Virus record (IMG/VR): IMGVR_UViG_3300015265_000001
Span: 62,001 to 126,000 of that record
Strand: one strand, 5' to 3'
DNA length: 64,000 bases
Below the pieces are notes generated by a model that ran no database searches, was not told the DNA's origin, and saw only the letters and a list, made by a program, of their open reading frames with translations. Shown in pieces: positions 26,022 to 36,343 of this stretch (the stretch's first letter is position 1; every line of letters begins with the position of its first letter). Made by a program: the position numbers and the translations under genes.

Positions 26022-28298
26022 GTGAGTGATAAAAGTAAGGATTCTCCTGTAGAGGTCCCCCAGGTTGGGCTGGGGCGATTTAAGAAATGGGCTTACCTGG
26101 GTGAGAACCAACTCCATCCAGCAGTAATGGGCGTGTGCGCAAACCTGGTCGTGTTCCCATGGGTATCATCACCTACCCGTATTTACATGGTGGGCAACAT
26201 GATTCCAAAGGCCGTAGTGACCTCTGGAGCCAGCGAGCGTAAACTGAAGACCGGTAACGAATATCAGTACGCCAAGCAAGCCCGTTGCATTCAAGCACCA
26301 TCGAACATGACAGTCGAGGAGATCTTCTACGCTCAATCGGTCAACGGTGGTGAGGGTGACACCGACAAATGGGCGCCGGTGTATGTGGTGTTCCGTAACG
26401 AGGAAAAGGGCAAGTACGATATCATGGAGTTTCCACGATATAACGTACAAAACTCTTACGTCGGCTTCGAGTATGTGTATGACATGAACGTCATGCGCAA
26501 ACTGCGTAAGGGCGCCGTGTTCCCTAAAGGCACAATCTTCGCCAAATCACCTCGCATCAGTAAAGACGGCGAGTGGATGTTTGGTATGGACCTCAAGGTT
26601 GCTCCGGCTTCCTTCCACTATACCGAAGAGGACGGTATCGGCATTACTGAGAGCTGCGCCGCCACCAAACTGCGCTGCATGTTTGAGCATATGCGCTCTC
26701 ACGGCTGGAACGAAGATGAGTGGGTTCCGCTGACTCTGTACGGAGATAGCCCATTCCCGCAAAGTGGTGAGCGTATTCGTGAAGATGGCATTGTGATGGG
26801 TTTCCGTCGCCGTGTCTCTGCGAACGCGCTGGTGTCGCTGACCAAGAAAGCTTTGACCATCCCAGACGAGACTCACGACATCCTGTTCAGGGCGCCGGTA
26901 GACTCTGAGGTCATGTCGGTTGAAGTGATCAGTGAACGCATGAAGAACAAGTCGAATAACCGTTCGACCGAGTACATCAAACAAGCCCACACGAATATGC
27001 TGGAACGTTATGAACGTCGCCAGAATGACATGTGGAACGAAGTCATCCGCTGGCACAGTGGTCGCGTAGCGGCTAACCGCGGCAACAAGATCGCAATGAC
27101 CCGTCCGTTGAACCGGTTCATCCGTTTCGCCAAGGGTAACTATACCATCAACGCCAACACTGGTAAGCCTAACCCGCTGTTCCGTGCTGTGAAGCGTGTA
27201 CGTGTTAAAGACTGGAGTGTGACTATCCGGTTGCGTGAGATCGTATCCGGCCGTGCTAAGTTCAAGATGTCGGGTATGAACGGGGACAAAGGTGTTATCG
27301 TTCGGATTATTCCAGACGCTGACGCACCTCGTTATGATGACGGTACTGTGTGTGACGTGGTTGTTAACAACACACCAGCCTTCCGCCGTCAGATCTTCTC
27401 CATGCTGATGGAACAGTCGATCAACTTTATCAACGTCAACATCCACAAAGAAGTGGTGCAGTTGCATAAAGAAGGCGATTACGTCGGGGCAATGGAAAAG
27501 CTCATGCTGTTCTACGAAACTGGGTTCCCAGAGTTCGCGGAGTTGGTACAGCAAACGATGGTCACCCGCGAAGACATCATCGAGTACGTCAACGAAGTAG
27601 CGGCTACTCAGATCAGTGTGCATGTGCGTAGCGATACCAAGCTCTACGGCGTTGAGATCATCAAGGCCCTGCGTAAGGTGTACAGCTACAAACCTCAACA
27701 CATCACCTTCCGGGATTCCCTGGGTGAGATGGTTCGGTCGGTTAACCCTGTACTGATCACCAACCAGCACTTCATGCTGTTGGACAAGTTCGGTACGGAT
27801 ATGTCGGCGCAGTCTCTGCCGATGTCTAACCCGTTCGGTATGCCAGCCAAGCTTAACGAAGCCAACAAGTATTCCAGTTGGCTACGGATGGTCTGGAACC
27901 GTAACAAGGGTGAAACCGAAGGCCGCCTGACGCTGAGTCAAGTGGGTGCGAAAGAAACCGTTAAGCAGTTGGCAATGGGCTATGCTCCTGAGCTGCGGAC
28001 ACGGATGGCGCAACGTATTGTTCGGGCTGAAGATGGGTTTAACATTAACCAGATCATCAAGCCTGAAGAGTATGGGTTGAACCGGGCAGTGCAAATGTCG
28101 CGGAGCATGCTCAGTGACTCCGGTTATACCCTGCGTCGCGAACTGCCTTCTGATCGTTCGGATTACGAAGCACCGGATGCGTTGATTCCAAGAGCGCGAC
28201 TGGATGAACCTTTACCGGGTAACAGAACTGTTAACCCTGCCGGACTTCGTGCTGACGATGAGTTCGAGAAAGACTTTTTGCATAAGGAGACGTTGTAA
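26022..28298 (+). CDS. Non-virion RNA polymerase beta subunit (phiKZ gp71-73-like), uninterrupted
   Basis: Beta motif KFKMSGMNGDKGVI; GTG start with an AGGAG RBS. Confidence 0.9.
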   Translation: MSDKSKDSPVEVPQVGLGRFKKWAYLGENQLHPAVMGVCANLVVFPWVSSPTRIYMVGNMIPKAVVTSGASERKLKTGNEYQYAKQARCIQAPSNMTVEEIFYAQSVNGGEGDTDKWAPVYVVFRNEEKGKYDIMEFPRYNVQNSYVGFEYVYDMNVMRKLRKGAVFPKGTIFAKSPRISKDGEWMFGMDLKVAPASFHYTEEDGIGITESCAATKLRCMFEHMRSHGWNEDEWVPLTLYGDSPFPQSGERIREDGIVMGFRRRVSANALVSLTKKALTIPDETHDILFRAPVDSEVMSVEVISERMKNKSNNRSTEYIKQAHTNMLERYERRQNDMWNEVIRWHSGRVAANRGNKIAMTRPLNRFIRFAKGNYTINANTGKPNPLFRAVKRVRVKDWSVTIRLREIVSGRAKFKMSGMNGDKGVIVRIIPDADAPRYDDGTVCDVVVNNTPAFRRQIFSMLMEQSINFINVNIHKEVVQLHKEGDYVGAMEKLMLFYETGFPEFAELVQQTMVTREDIIEYVNEVAATQISVHVRSDTKLYGVEIIKALRKVYSYKPQHITFRDSLGEMVRSVNPVLITNQHFMLLDKFGTDMSAQSLPMSNPFGMPAKLNEANKYSSWLRMVWNRNKGETEGRLTLSQVGAKETVKQLAMGYAPELRTRMAQRIVRAEDGFNINQIIKPEEYGLNRAVQMSRSMLSDSGYTLRRELPSDRSDYEAPDALIPRARLDEPLPGNRTVNPAGLRADDEFEKDFLHKETL

Positions 28299-30292
28299 TG
28301 GCCTTGCAAATTAACCTACGGGAGTTTGCCAACCTGAGCGAAAGCCAGGTGCTGCGTTGGCGTGGTTTCCGTATGGCCGTTGAGGTCACGGATGACCATG
28401 GCGAGAAAGTGAAGAGTGACACCTATGCCATGTTGTTAACCTGGCAGGGCATGATGATTCACCGTCAGTACAACAACGTACCGTATTCGGTAAAGGAGAT
28501 CATTCCAACCGGTAAGAGCGTCGTGTATAACAACAAGACGCTCGCCATTCCAATGAACTGGGTTATGGGTGAGATTGGCCCGAACATCCACGACCCAGTC
28601 GAATGGGATGCCATCAAGATGACCATTCACATGTGGCAGACCAAGTTGAATAACTTGATCGTGGTCATGAGTGAGACGTCGGTCATCTCTGCCATGGCAG
28701 AATCGGTAGACGACCTGATTGAAGACCCGGGTATTCGTGAGATCCATCGCAAGGTACTCGACAAGGAAGTCACGATCGATGAAGGTGAAGAGCTGTTCTC
28801 GGTTTACCTGAAGACGTCCGAAACATTGGACTACAACACGGTAGCCTTGCTGGCTCGTACGGGTGGTGTGAGTATCAACCAAGCGTATCAAACGGCGATT
28901 ATTCGAGGGGCGGTATTCGACCTCGATAACACCATCATGCCTAACCCGATCATGACTCGCTATGCGGACGGTGTAACCAACCTGGCGGACGCCATTGGTG
29001 ATAACCGTGGTGCTGGTAAGGCGCTCAACAGTAACGGCCGGGCACTGAAAGACTCGGAATGGTTTCACCGGAAGATTCACTTGTTCACGGCGATTATCCA
29101 TTCCATCGGTCACCAGCAGGACTGTGGGTCGCTTGACACGTTGCCTCTACGTATTGCGTCGACTGAGATGGCTAAGAGCTTGCTTGGCAAGTATCGCGTC
29201 CTGGAAGACGGTACACTTGATCTGATCAGCGTTAAGAACGTGAAGTCGATCAAAGCAGGCGAAGTGGTTAACCTGCGCAGTGTGAGCTTCTGTAACAGCG
29301 CAACCGGTGCACCGTGTGGTGTGTGTTATGGATCGATGAAGTCTGCGATCCCGTACAACCGGATGATGCGGAAAGATGCTAACGTTGGTATGTTTGCTGG
29401 CACCACGATCTGTAACCCATTGGGCCAGAAAATGCTGTCGACCAAACACTTTATCCGCAACGCTACCAGCAAGAAGTTCGTGCCTCATCATCGGGATAAA
29501 GAAATCATCACCTCCAACGGTGATCAGATCTTCCTCGTGAAAGACCTGTGCAAAGAAGGTACTCGACTGATTCTTAAGTCGACCATTGTGAAAGATTTGT
29601 CTGACCTGCGTTCCTTGGACATCATGGACGAGATCGCACTCAGCAAGTTGCCTTACTTTGGTGAAGTGACCTTCCAGTATGAGGTGGAAGACATCATGGT
29701 GGGCGGTACCACCACACAGCAACATCCAGCGCAGACGTCTGTGTCTTCTCGCCGTGCCCGCTTTTCTATGGGGTTCCTCCAGTACATACTGGAGAACAGT
29801 TGGACAGCCATGGACAAGAAGTTCATCTCGGTGGACCTCTCGAAGTGGAATCCCAACGACCCAATGTTTGTGTTACCCTACGTCCGTGAGGACTTGGATG
29901 CACACCGGGCTCGGGTGGAAAACTTCCTTACGTTCAACAAACGTAATGCGGCGTGGAAGAAACAAGTCGTTACGCCGAAAGTATTCGGCGAGGTGCTCTC
30001 GGAGTTCTGGACCTTGATCGATGCTGAAACTAAAGGCATCAACATGGTTTACGTCGAGGTCATCTTGGCTTGTGCGCTGACCAAGAACCCAGCGGAACAT
30101 ACGTATAAGCTGGCAACAGGACCTGGCGATAAGTACTTCTCCAGTTTTGTTACCTGTGTGGATAACCGTGGTTCGGGTACGATGTCGATCTTTGAACGGC
30201 AGCAAAACATCCTGAACCTTCCGAAAACCTTCGCGGTTAAAGACCGTCAACCAAGCGTGTTGGAATGTTTCCTGCAACACGCGGTGTCATAA
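28298..30292 (+). CDS. Non-virion RNA polymerase beta' C-terminal subunit (phiKZ gp74-like)
   Basis: Bridge helix LKDSEWFHRK, DCGS and Zn motif CNSATGAPCGVCYG; trigger-loop region LSTKH. Confidence 0.9.
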   Translation: MALQINLREFANLSESQVLRWRGFRMAVEVTDDHGEKVKSDTYAMLLTWQGMMIHRQYNNVPYSVKEIIPTGKSVVYNNKTLAIPMNWVMGEIGPNIHDPVEWDAIKMTIHMWQTKLNNLIVVMSETSVISAMAESVDDLIEDPGIREIHRKVLDKEVTIDEGEELFSVYLKTSETLDYNTVALLARTGGVSINQAYQTAIIRGAVFDLDNTIMPNPIMTRYADGVTNLADAIGDNRGAGKALNSNGRALKDSEWFHRKIHLFTAIIHSIGHQQDCGSLDTLPLRIASTEMAKSLLGKYRVLEDGTLDLISVKNVKSIKAGEVVNLRSVSFCNSATGAPCGVCYGSMKSAIPYNRMMRKDANVGMFAGTTICNPLGQKMLSTKHFIRNATSKKFVPHHRDKEIITSNGDQIFLVKDLCKEGTRLILKSTIVKDLSDLRSLDIMDEIALSKLPYFGEVTFQYEVEDIMVGGTTTQQHPAQTSVSSRRARFSMGFLQYILENSWTAMDKKFISVDLSKWNPNDPMFVLPYVREDLDAHRARVENFLTFNKRNAAWKKQVVTPKVFGEVLSEFWTLIDAETKGINMVYVEVILACALTKNPAEHTYKLATGPGDKYFSSFVTCVDNRGSGTMSIFERQQNILNLPKTFAVKDRQPSVLECFLQHAVS

Positions 30293-30306
30293 ACTCCGAG
30301 TCCTCC

Positions 30307-30342
30307 CATTAGGGGGGACTTCGGTCCCCTCTTAATGTTTTT
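30307..30342 (+). terminator. Terminator with a C(UUCG)G loop
   Basis: cattaggggggac-ttcg-gtcccctcttaatg followed by ttttt. Confidence 0.7.
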
Positions 30343-30354
30343 GAGGCTTTTGGT

Positions 30355-32691
30355 ATGAGGCAAGTCGCTACAGTATCAATGGGTCACACTTACCTGCGAA
30401 TCTTTGGGTACTACGGCGATTTCTGTGCAAAGGTTATTATTCCCTTCTGCCGTGCTCATTTGTACAAGGTTGGTAAAGTCCCAGTGCCTGGTAGCAACAA
30501 ACAGGCCTGGAAAGTAACCCACGTGTTCGCTCAGTCTAACCACGACAAAACTGAGTATCGGATTCCCGTAAGCTTAATGAAGGAATTCATTGAGTTTGCA
30601 CAATACCGGGGTTACAACCCTGCCCGGATTGCAATTGAAATAGAGCCAGAGATCGAAGGCGCTGATTGCGAATTTGAACTACGGCCTGAAATGTCCACCC
30701 CTCTGCCTGAGCAGGAGGAATGGATTGAATATCAACTGGCTGAGGGGGCGATCAAAATCAACAACGCCCCCACGGGCGGCGGTAAAGCGTTAGCCAACGA
30801 TACACCGGTCAGAACCGTGCATGGATGGCGTCCTATTGGGCAGCTCAAGGTCAATGACTTGGTCATGGCTCCTGACGGCTCTATGACGTACGTTACAGGT
30901 GTTTTCCCACAAGGGAGAACCCCAACCTACCATCTGATGTTTGAAGACCGTAGGAGCGTTGTGGCGTGCCCTAACCACCAGTGGGAAGTGCGCGCAGAAG
31001 GAGAGACTGAGTGGCAGGTTCGCACTACCCAGCAGTTGGTGGACAGTGGGAAGACTTGGTACATTCCTTTAACAGCCAGTGAACGTAATCCTGATCGTGG
31101 GGATATCATCGAACCTTACCTCATTGGTAAGACCGACCGTATCCTCGGCGAGAAATATCTGGAAGGTTCTCACTCTCAGCGGATGGCTTTGTTGCGCGGT
31201 CTGCTAGATAACGGTGGTGAGCCACAAGCTGACGGCTCGATCCTCTTCAAGACCGAATACGGTATTACGGCCAAGATGGTTCGTGACCTGGTTCGGAGCA
31301 TTGGCGGTATTGCTGAGGCCAAGTTCAGGAAGTTCAAGAACTCGGTTATTCTCCGTCATCGGACCCCGGAGATCCTCTTCACTGATGAGGCAAAACAGGA
31401 CAAGCTACGGAACTCGGAGAATCGTGATCTGGCACTGAAGATTGTGTCCATCGTCGAATCGAACCCCACCGAGACCACCTGCATTGCCGTAGAGCACCCG
31501 AGCCACTGCTTTGTGGTAAAGGACTACATCGTTACCCACAACACCTACATGAGTCTCTATACGGCCGTTAAACTCGGCAAGCGTGTTCTCATTACGGTAC
31601 AACCGCGTTACATCACCACCTGGATCAATGACATCGATAAAACGTTGATCATGAAACCAGGCGATGTGGTTGTGTGGGAAAACTCGTCGTTGCCATTACT
31701 GGGAGAAAACATCGAAAAGGGACTCCTCAATCCTAAGATCGTTATCGTGCCGTTCTCCAGGATTTCGGGGTATTTGCGTAACAACCGTAAAGACCCGGAT
31801 GCGGTTCCGCTTGGCAAGATCTTTGAACAGATCAACCCAGGTCTCCGCATTGTGGACGAAGGGCATGAATCGTTCCATGAGATCTGTCTGTCGCTGTTCC
31901 ATGGTAACGTTAAGAAGTTGATTACCAACTCAGCTACGTTGAGTGGTGATGACCCGTTCATGAATCGGATGTACAACTTCATGTTACCGATCAGTCTCAG
32001 GCTTAAGGAACCTGAACCTGAAAACTATATCGACATTGTTGCTTACATGTACCACTTGTGTCAGCGCAAGTTCTTCTTGAAGACGATGCAGTTCGGTAGC
32101 TATAACGACATGGCGTTGGAGGCGTCCATTCTGCGAAGTCCTGTCTTGACTGAGTTCTACTTCAAGATTGCGAAAAGCATGTTCATCGAGTATTACCTCG
32201 GTATCGGTGAACCAGGAGAACCGGGGTACATACCACCCATCAGGGAGCCGGGTACCAAGTGTCTGTTCTTCTTCTCGCGTATTGAAATGTGCGAGACCAT
32301 GTTGGCGATGTTTCAAAAGACATTCCCCCACCTGGACTTCTGTACCTTCCTCGGTACGAAAGATAAGAAGACTCCGACGAAGTATCTGGAGCATGAGATC
32401 GTCATTACCACGCCGGGCAGTTGCGGTACGGGTAAGGACATCCCTGGGTTGGTCAGGACGTTCTGTTTCCATACGGTCTTCTCGACCCAACGGAACAAAC
32501 AGATGATTGGGCGGCTACGTCAGTTCCGCGGCAAGTTCTCCCACTTCATTGGCAGGATCACGCCAATGTTTATCTTCGCGTTCTGCAACGACATCGGTAA
32601 GCACCAGGAGTGTTTCCAGAAGCGGCGTATTGCTTTTGCCAGTAAGGAAAAGAGCTTCAAGCTTATTGAATCTAACTGCTCGCTCAATTAA
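30355..32691 (+). CDS. SF2 (UvsW/DEAD-like) helicase, phiKZ gp75-like, containing an intein
   Basis: Walker A APTGGGK|T is split by the intein. DEGH, SAT and QMIGRLR motifs follow. Confidence 0.9.
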   Translation: MRQVATVSMGHTYLRIFGYYGDFCAKVIIPFCRAHLYKVGKVPVPGSNKQAWKVTHVFAQSNHDKTEYRIPVSLMKEFIEFAQYRGYNPARIAIEIEPEIEGADCEFELRPEMSTPLPEQEEWIEYQLAEGAIKINNAPTGGGKALANDTPVRTVHGWRPIGQLKVNDLVMAPDGSMTYVTGVFPQGRTPTYHLMFEDRRSVVACPNHQWEVRAEGETEWQVRTTQQLVDSGKTWYIPLTASERNPDRGDIIEPYLIGKTDRILGEKYLEGSHSQRMALLRGLLDNGGEPQADGSILFKTEYGITAKMVRDLVRSIGGIAEAKFRKFKNSVILRHRTPEILFTDEAKQDKLRNSENRDLALKIVSIVESNPTETTCIAVEHPSHCFVVKDYIVTHNTYMSLYTAVKLGKRVLITVQPRYITTWINDIDKTLIMKPGDVVVWENSSLPLLGENIEKGLLNPKIVIVPFSRISGYLRNNRKDPDAVPLGKIFEQINPGLRIVDEGHESFHEICLSLFHGNVKKLITNSATLSGDDPFMNRMYNFMLPISLRLKEPEPENYIDIVAYMYHLCQRKFFLKTMQFGSYNDMALEASILRSPVLTEFYFKIAKSMFIEYYLGIGEPGEPGYIPPIREPGTKCLFFFSRIEMCETMLAMFQKTFPHLDFCTFLGTKDKKTPTKYLEHEIVITTPGSCGTGKDIPGLVRTFCFHTVFSTQRNKQMIGRLRQFRGKFSHFIGRITPMFIFAFCNDIGKHQECFQKRRIAFASKEKSFKLIESNCSLN
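30787..31542 (+). mobile_element. Class-3 intein (Ala1, WCT triplet), 252 aa, with a degenerate LAGLIDADG remnant
   Basis: Starts ALANDTPV and ends YIVTHN before a +1 Thr. Block B CPNHQW, block F TTCIAV, block G VTHN, endonuclease remnant LLRGLLDNGG. Confidence 0.9.
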
Positions 32692-32725
32692 TATAGGCGA
32701 GTATCCCTAATAACGGACAGTTGAT

Positions 32726-33166
32726 ATGCACAAGTTTGCAAGTGGTACAAAGACTGTCACCAAGGCTGTGATACTGGATTGTCCCGGCCTTGGTTTGGCC
32801 GGGGATCTGGTAAGTACCGTTGTTGGTGAATCCATTTCTGATTTCCTGCTCAACCTGACAGATGTTGATTGTCGTATTGATGATGAGTGGTACTACTCAC
32901 TTCTAAGAGAGCGTCTTTATAATGACGACGGGGAAGTGATCTCCTGGTGGTATTCCGAACAGGAGAAGTTGATGTTCGAACGAGACCCGTACGGGCACGT
33001 AATGTTGTATGGCCAACAGGTAAGCAACTATCTCGAGGTCATTGCAAGAATGAACGAGGAAACCATTAACCTGCTCTATTCCAGTCTGGCTATGGAAGAG
33101 ATCACGGTGAGTAGTTTGAACCTCAAAGATAAGCTTATACTTCTTGTGAGAGGAAGACAACCATGA
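32726..33166 (+). CDS. Hypothetical acidic protein
   Basis: 146-aa ORF coupled to the next gene. Confidence 0.6.
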   Translation: MHKFASGTKTVTKAVILDCPGLGLAGDLVSTVVGESISDFLLNLTDVDCRIDDEWYYSLLRERLYNDDGEVISWWYSEQEKLMFERDPYGHVMLYGQQVSNYLEVIARMNEETINLLYSSLAMEEITVSSLNLKDKLILLVRGRQP

Positions 33167-33540
33167 CTGTTAAGTCCCATTTTATCCCTACACCGGGGAT
33201 CGAGCAACTGCCGCACTACTACTGCATCCAGAAACTGATCGAAGAACGTATCCGGTCGATTCTCCAGGGTGATTCGTTTGTGGACAAGTCCCACTTCCTG
33301 GTGACCAACTTCCTGCAAACCCCAACGACGTTCACCACCCCGGAACAGGTGAACAAGCACAACAACGAGATGGCCAAAACCATCCTCAAGACGTTCGAGG
33401 AGTTTGAAAAGACTCCGGAGTATCACGACGCCATTCTCCAGCTGAAGCCTTACGAGAATGCGATGTTCCAGATTGTTAGCACAACCTACGTGGGCGTTCA
33501 GGTGATGCTGACGATCGAGGACAAGGAACCGGTCAGTTAA
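33163..33540 (+). CDS. Hypothetical protein
   Basis: 125-aa ORF with a GAGGA RBS and a TAATG overlap with the next gene. Confidence 0.65.
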   Translation: MTVKSHFIPTPGIEQLPHYYCIQKLIEERIRSILQGDSFVDKSHFLVTNFLQTPTTFTTPEQVNKHNNEMAKTILKTFEEFEKTPEYHDAILQLKPYENAMFQIVSTTYVGVQVMLTIEDKEPVS

Positions 33541-34082
33541 TGCTGTCCTTTATCCTTAAGCTCGATCCTGAAACCCGTGAGGAACTCTATTCGGATGTTG
33601 CGTTAGAGTTCCTTGACTTGATCATGCTGGAGGCAATTTTCGTTATCTTCCAGATGGCGAACCCATATGACTATCCACTGGTAGACGATATCGAATACCT
33701 AGCGGATGATCCGGATTCACAGTTTGAGGCTTCAGTAGAGTATCTGCTGGCAGTCTTGGCTGAAAAGAATCCACTGGACGGTATCGTGTTGCCTAATCCC
33801 GATCTCGTGGAGTACGATCCAGGTTATCGAGACGCTATCATGTGCAAGTTGGGTGTTACGGTCGATGCATTCAGTGCAATGAACGACCCTTCTGAAATGG
33901 AGTCGATTAAGAGAATCTTGTCGCAGCCTGGTTTTAAGAAGCGGTTCAATTTTGCCACCCTGCATTTAAAGGATCGCGTTGTTTTCAACATTACGCCCAA
34001 TGCGTTAGATCAGTTAGGTATGCCCACCATTGGACCTACGGCTCCGATGTTAACCGGATTACCTATGTTACCCCCATGCTGA
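33540..34082 (+). CDS. Hypothetical acidic protein
   Basis: 180-aa ORF ending at a convergent terminator. Confidence 0.6.
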   Translation: MLSFILKLDPETREELYSDVALEFLDLIMLEAIFVIFQMANPYDYPLVDDIEYLADDPDSQFEASVEYLLAVLAEKNPLDGIVLPNPDLVEYDPGYRDAIMCKLGVTVDAFSAMNDPSEMESIKRILSQPGFKKRFNFATLHLKDRVVFNITPNALDQLGMPTIGPTAPMLTGLPMLPPC

Positions 34083-34087
34083 AACTG

Positions 34088-34127
34088 TATAACTCTACCA
34101 GCCCCGCAAAGGGCTGGTAGAGTTATA
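34088..34127. terminator. Bidirectional terminator, CGCAAA-loop family
   Basis: Perfect 17-bp stem; near copy of 10578-10611. Confidence 0.8.
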
Positions 34128-34146
34128 TAACAGCTTTATTTTTTTG

Positions 34147-35445
34147 CTATTTGACAGAAGTTTTGAGGTTCAACTTGGCGCGCTTACGACCCGCCTGGTG
34201 GTGAGCCTTCATACGTTGCAACATGAACTCAGTAGGAACCCGTACCACTTCCGCAGACAAACGAGCCGCCAGTTTACCCAGGCCTTCACCCAAGCACGTC
34301 TTGCAGTAGTTGCCGTCAGGCGACAAGCAGAACTGAGGAACCCGCATGTTGACTTTCTTGTTGATCAGGGTCTGGAACACTTCAGGAGTGATTGCCGTTA
34401 CCGTCTCGCCCTTCATGTAGAACCCGCCAATCCAACCACGGTTATCAGGTGTCAACATGATCGGCTCAGTACGAGGAGTACCACAGTCGATACCCTCTAC
34501 CTTGCCACGACCTACCAGACGCAGGGTTTCTTTCACCTGACTACCACCTTCACCGGTTGCCATGGAGCGAGAGTACGCACCTGCTACCGCGGCGTTGGTC
34601 TGAGCAACAACCTGTTCAGGGTCAAGACCTTCATCCAGACTGCGAGGCAATGCAATCCAGCCGTTACCCGAAGGATCTTCTTCAATACCGAACGCAATGA
34701 ACATACGCTTACGCGCGGTACTGATGAACTTGTCGTTGATGAAGAAGTTCTTGCTCTTGCCTTTGAGCATCTCTTCCCGGTCCATTTGAACCAGTTCTTC
34801 AACGGCCGCTGTAAAGGCTACAGCGTCGTTCATCTTGCCTTCGGCCTTCAGCTTGGCAAAGAGTTCAGCTTTGCGCTTAAGCACCGCAGGAGAGACCGAG
34901 AGGGCATCTACGCCACCAGGTTTAACAAAGAACGAACCCAACCCTTCCAGATAGTAGCAGTTCTCAGTAAACTTCAAGCAGTCGTCCACAGAAGCCTTGT
35001 CGTCAGGAACCGACTCCCCTTCCTTGGGATTATCGACCATGAGTCGACTGATATGTCCTTCAATCAACTTCTTGGTAAAGCCCTGATTAACATAATCCAC
35101 TTTACCCTTGAACGGCTCCCACCAGAGGACGATGTTGAACAGCATCAAACCAAAGGTGGATTCCATCGCTACACCCTTGAGCACAGGGTGGAAGTCACCA
35201 GGGAAGGAATACTTGTCATCCATGACAGCAAATGGTTCGTTCACATTGCCGTCGAGCTGAACCTGTTTGCCATCGATCATGGCGTGGAACTTACCGCCTT
35301 CTACAAAGACAGCTCCCGGTACGTGTTTAAAGAGTCCGGATGATTCCTCGTCTTCAAACTGGATCGAGATGATCGACTGTACTGAGGCTTTGTAGGTATA
35401 ACCCAGGTCGTTAAACCAATGCTTCAAGTAGTCAAGTTTATTCAT
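34147..35445 (-). CDS. Virion RNA polymerase beta'-like subunit (phiKZ gp80-like)
   Basis: Bridge helix ATGEGGSQVK, DCGT, and Zn motif CLSPDGNYCKTCLG. Start MNKLDY overlaps the upstream stop. Confidence 0.85.
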   Translation of the reverse strand: MNKLDYLKHWFNDLGYTYKASVQSIISIQFEDEESSGLFKHVPGAVFVEGGKFHAMIDGKQVQLDGNVNEPFAVMDDKYSFPGDFHPVLKGVAMESTFGLMLFNIVLWWEPFKGKVDYVNQGFTKKLIEGHISRLMVDNPKEGESVPDDKASVDDCLKFTENCYYLEGLGSFFVKPGGVDALSVSPAVLKRKAELFAKLKAEGKMNDAVAFTAAVEELVQMDREEMLKGKSKNFFINDKFISTARKRMFIAFGIEEDPSGNGWIALPRSLDEGLDPEQVVAQTNAAVAGAYSRSMATGEGGSQVKETLRLVGRGKVEGIDCGTPRTEPIMLTPDNRGWIGGFYMKGETVTAITPEVFQTLINKKVNMRVPQFCLSPDGNYCKTCLGEGLGKLAARLSAEVVRVPTEFMLQRMKAHHQAGRKRAKLNLKTSVK

Positions 35446-36343
35446 GGCTGAGATCCAGGGTACCAATCATCTTCTCAACTGCCAGCAAAGCCAGGTGATC
35501 AGTGATGACGTTATTGACAAGAACCAGGAGCTGCTCGCGAAGGGTATCGCTATTCAACTCACTGATGAGGTAAAGACCCATGACTTCTTTGCCGTAAGCG
35601 ATTTGGTTGTCCATTGACGGGTAGTCGAGGAGCTTAGCCAGATCCGGTTTAAAGAAGTTCAGGAGGGTCTCTACAGGGCTCCCTACGCGGCCGTTGTGGA
35701 TAACGTGCTCATACGCCAGGGTGCTCTCGATAAGACCCTTGTTGGCCCGTATACGCTTGATCAGGGTAATGGGGATACCTTCCTCTACATCACCGGTCAA
35801 GAGGTTGTCGCGGATAGCCTTTAAAGTTACCTCGCTAACATCTTGTAGTAGCAACTCGTAATTAACGAGAGAGACACTGTCACCCACGTATTTCTGGAAA
35901 ATCAGCAGAAACCGTTCCACAGGGGGGATGTCAACAGAATCCAGAATGTCACCCAGACCAATGACGTCTTCGTAGTGGTCCATATCGTGGAAGAAGTTAC
36001 CGACATTGATCAGCTCCTCAGCACGCTCGTGAGTGACCTCATCCAGGTTGATAATAAAACCAAGACGGGTCAACACATCGATTATATTGTTGGTGATCAG
36101 TTCGTAGATCTGTTTCTTTTTGAGGGGGGTATCAAAAGTTTCATCTACGAGGATTTCGGTGATGACGTTTTGCAACAGGGACTCGGGGACATTCAAAAGA
36201 ATTAAATTGAACCCGTCGGTCAATATTTTAGCTTGAGGGTCGGGGATAGAGGCCTTGAAGTCAACCCAAATACCACCGATGAGAGTAGCGGCGAGATCTT
36301 CATCCGCACCCATCACCACTACTTCGTCAGTCTCAATATTCAT
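35438..36343 (-). CDS. Conserved hypothetical (probably virion) protein
   Basis: The real start is likely MNIETD (36343, AGGA RBS). The longer track ORF is an antisense shadow. Confidence 0.7.
   Translation of the reverse strand: MNIETDEVVVMGADEDLAATLIGGIWVDFKASIPDPQAKILTDGFNLILLNVPESLLQNVITEILVDETFDTPLKKKQIYELITNNIIDVLTRLGFIINLDEVTHERAEELINVGNFFHDMDHYEDVIGLGDILDSVDIPPVERFLLIFQKYVGDSVSLVNYELLLQDVSEVTLKAIRDNLLTGDVEEGIPITLIKRIRANKGLIESTLAYEHVIHNGRVGSPVETLLNFFKPDLAKLLDYPSMDNQIAYGKEVMGLYLISELNSDTLREQLLVLVNNVITDHLALLAVEKMIGTLDLSHE

Noticed and set aside
31180-31230. LAGLIDADG-like motif as a free-standing active homing endonuclease
   Set aside because: It lies inside the intein, is a single motif, and lacks the catalytic Asp.
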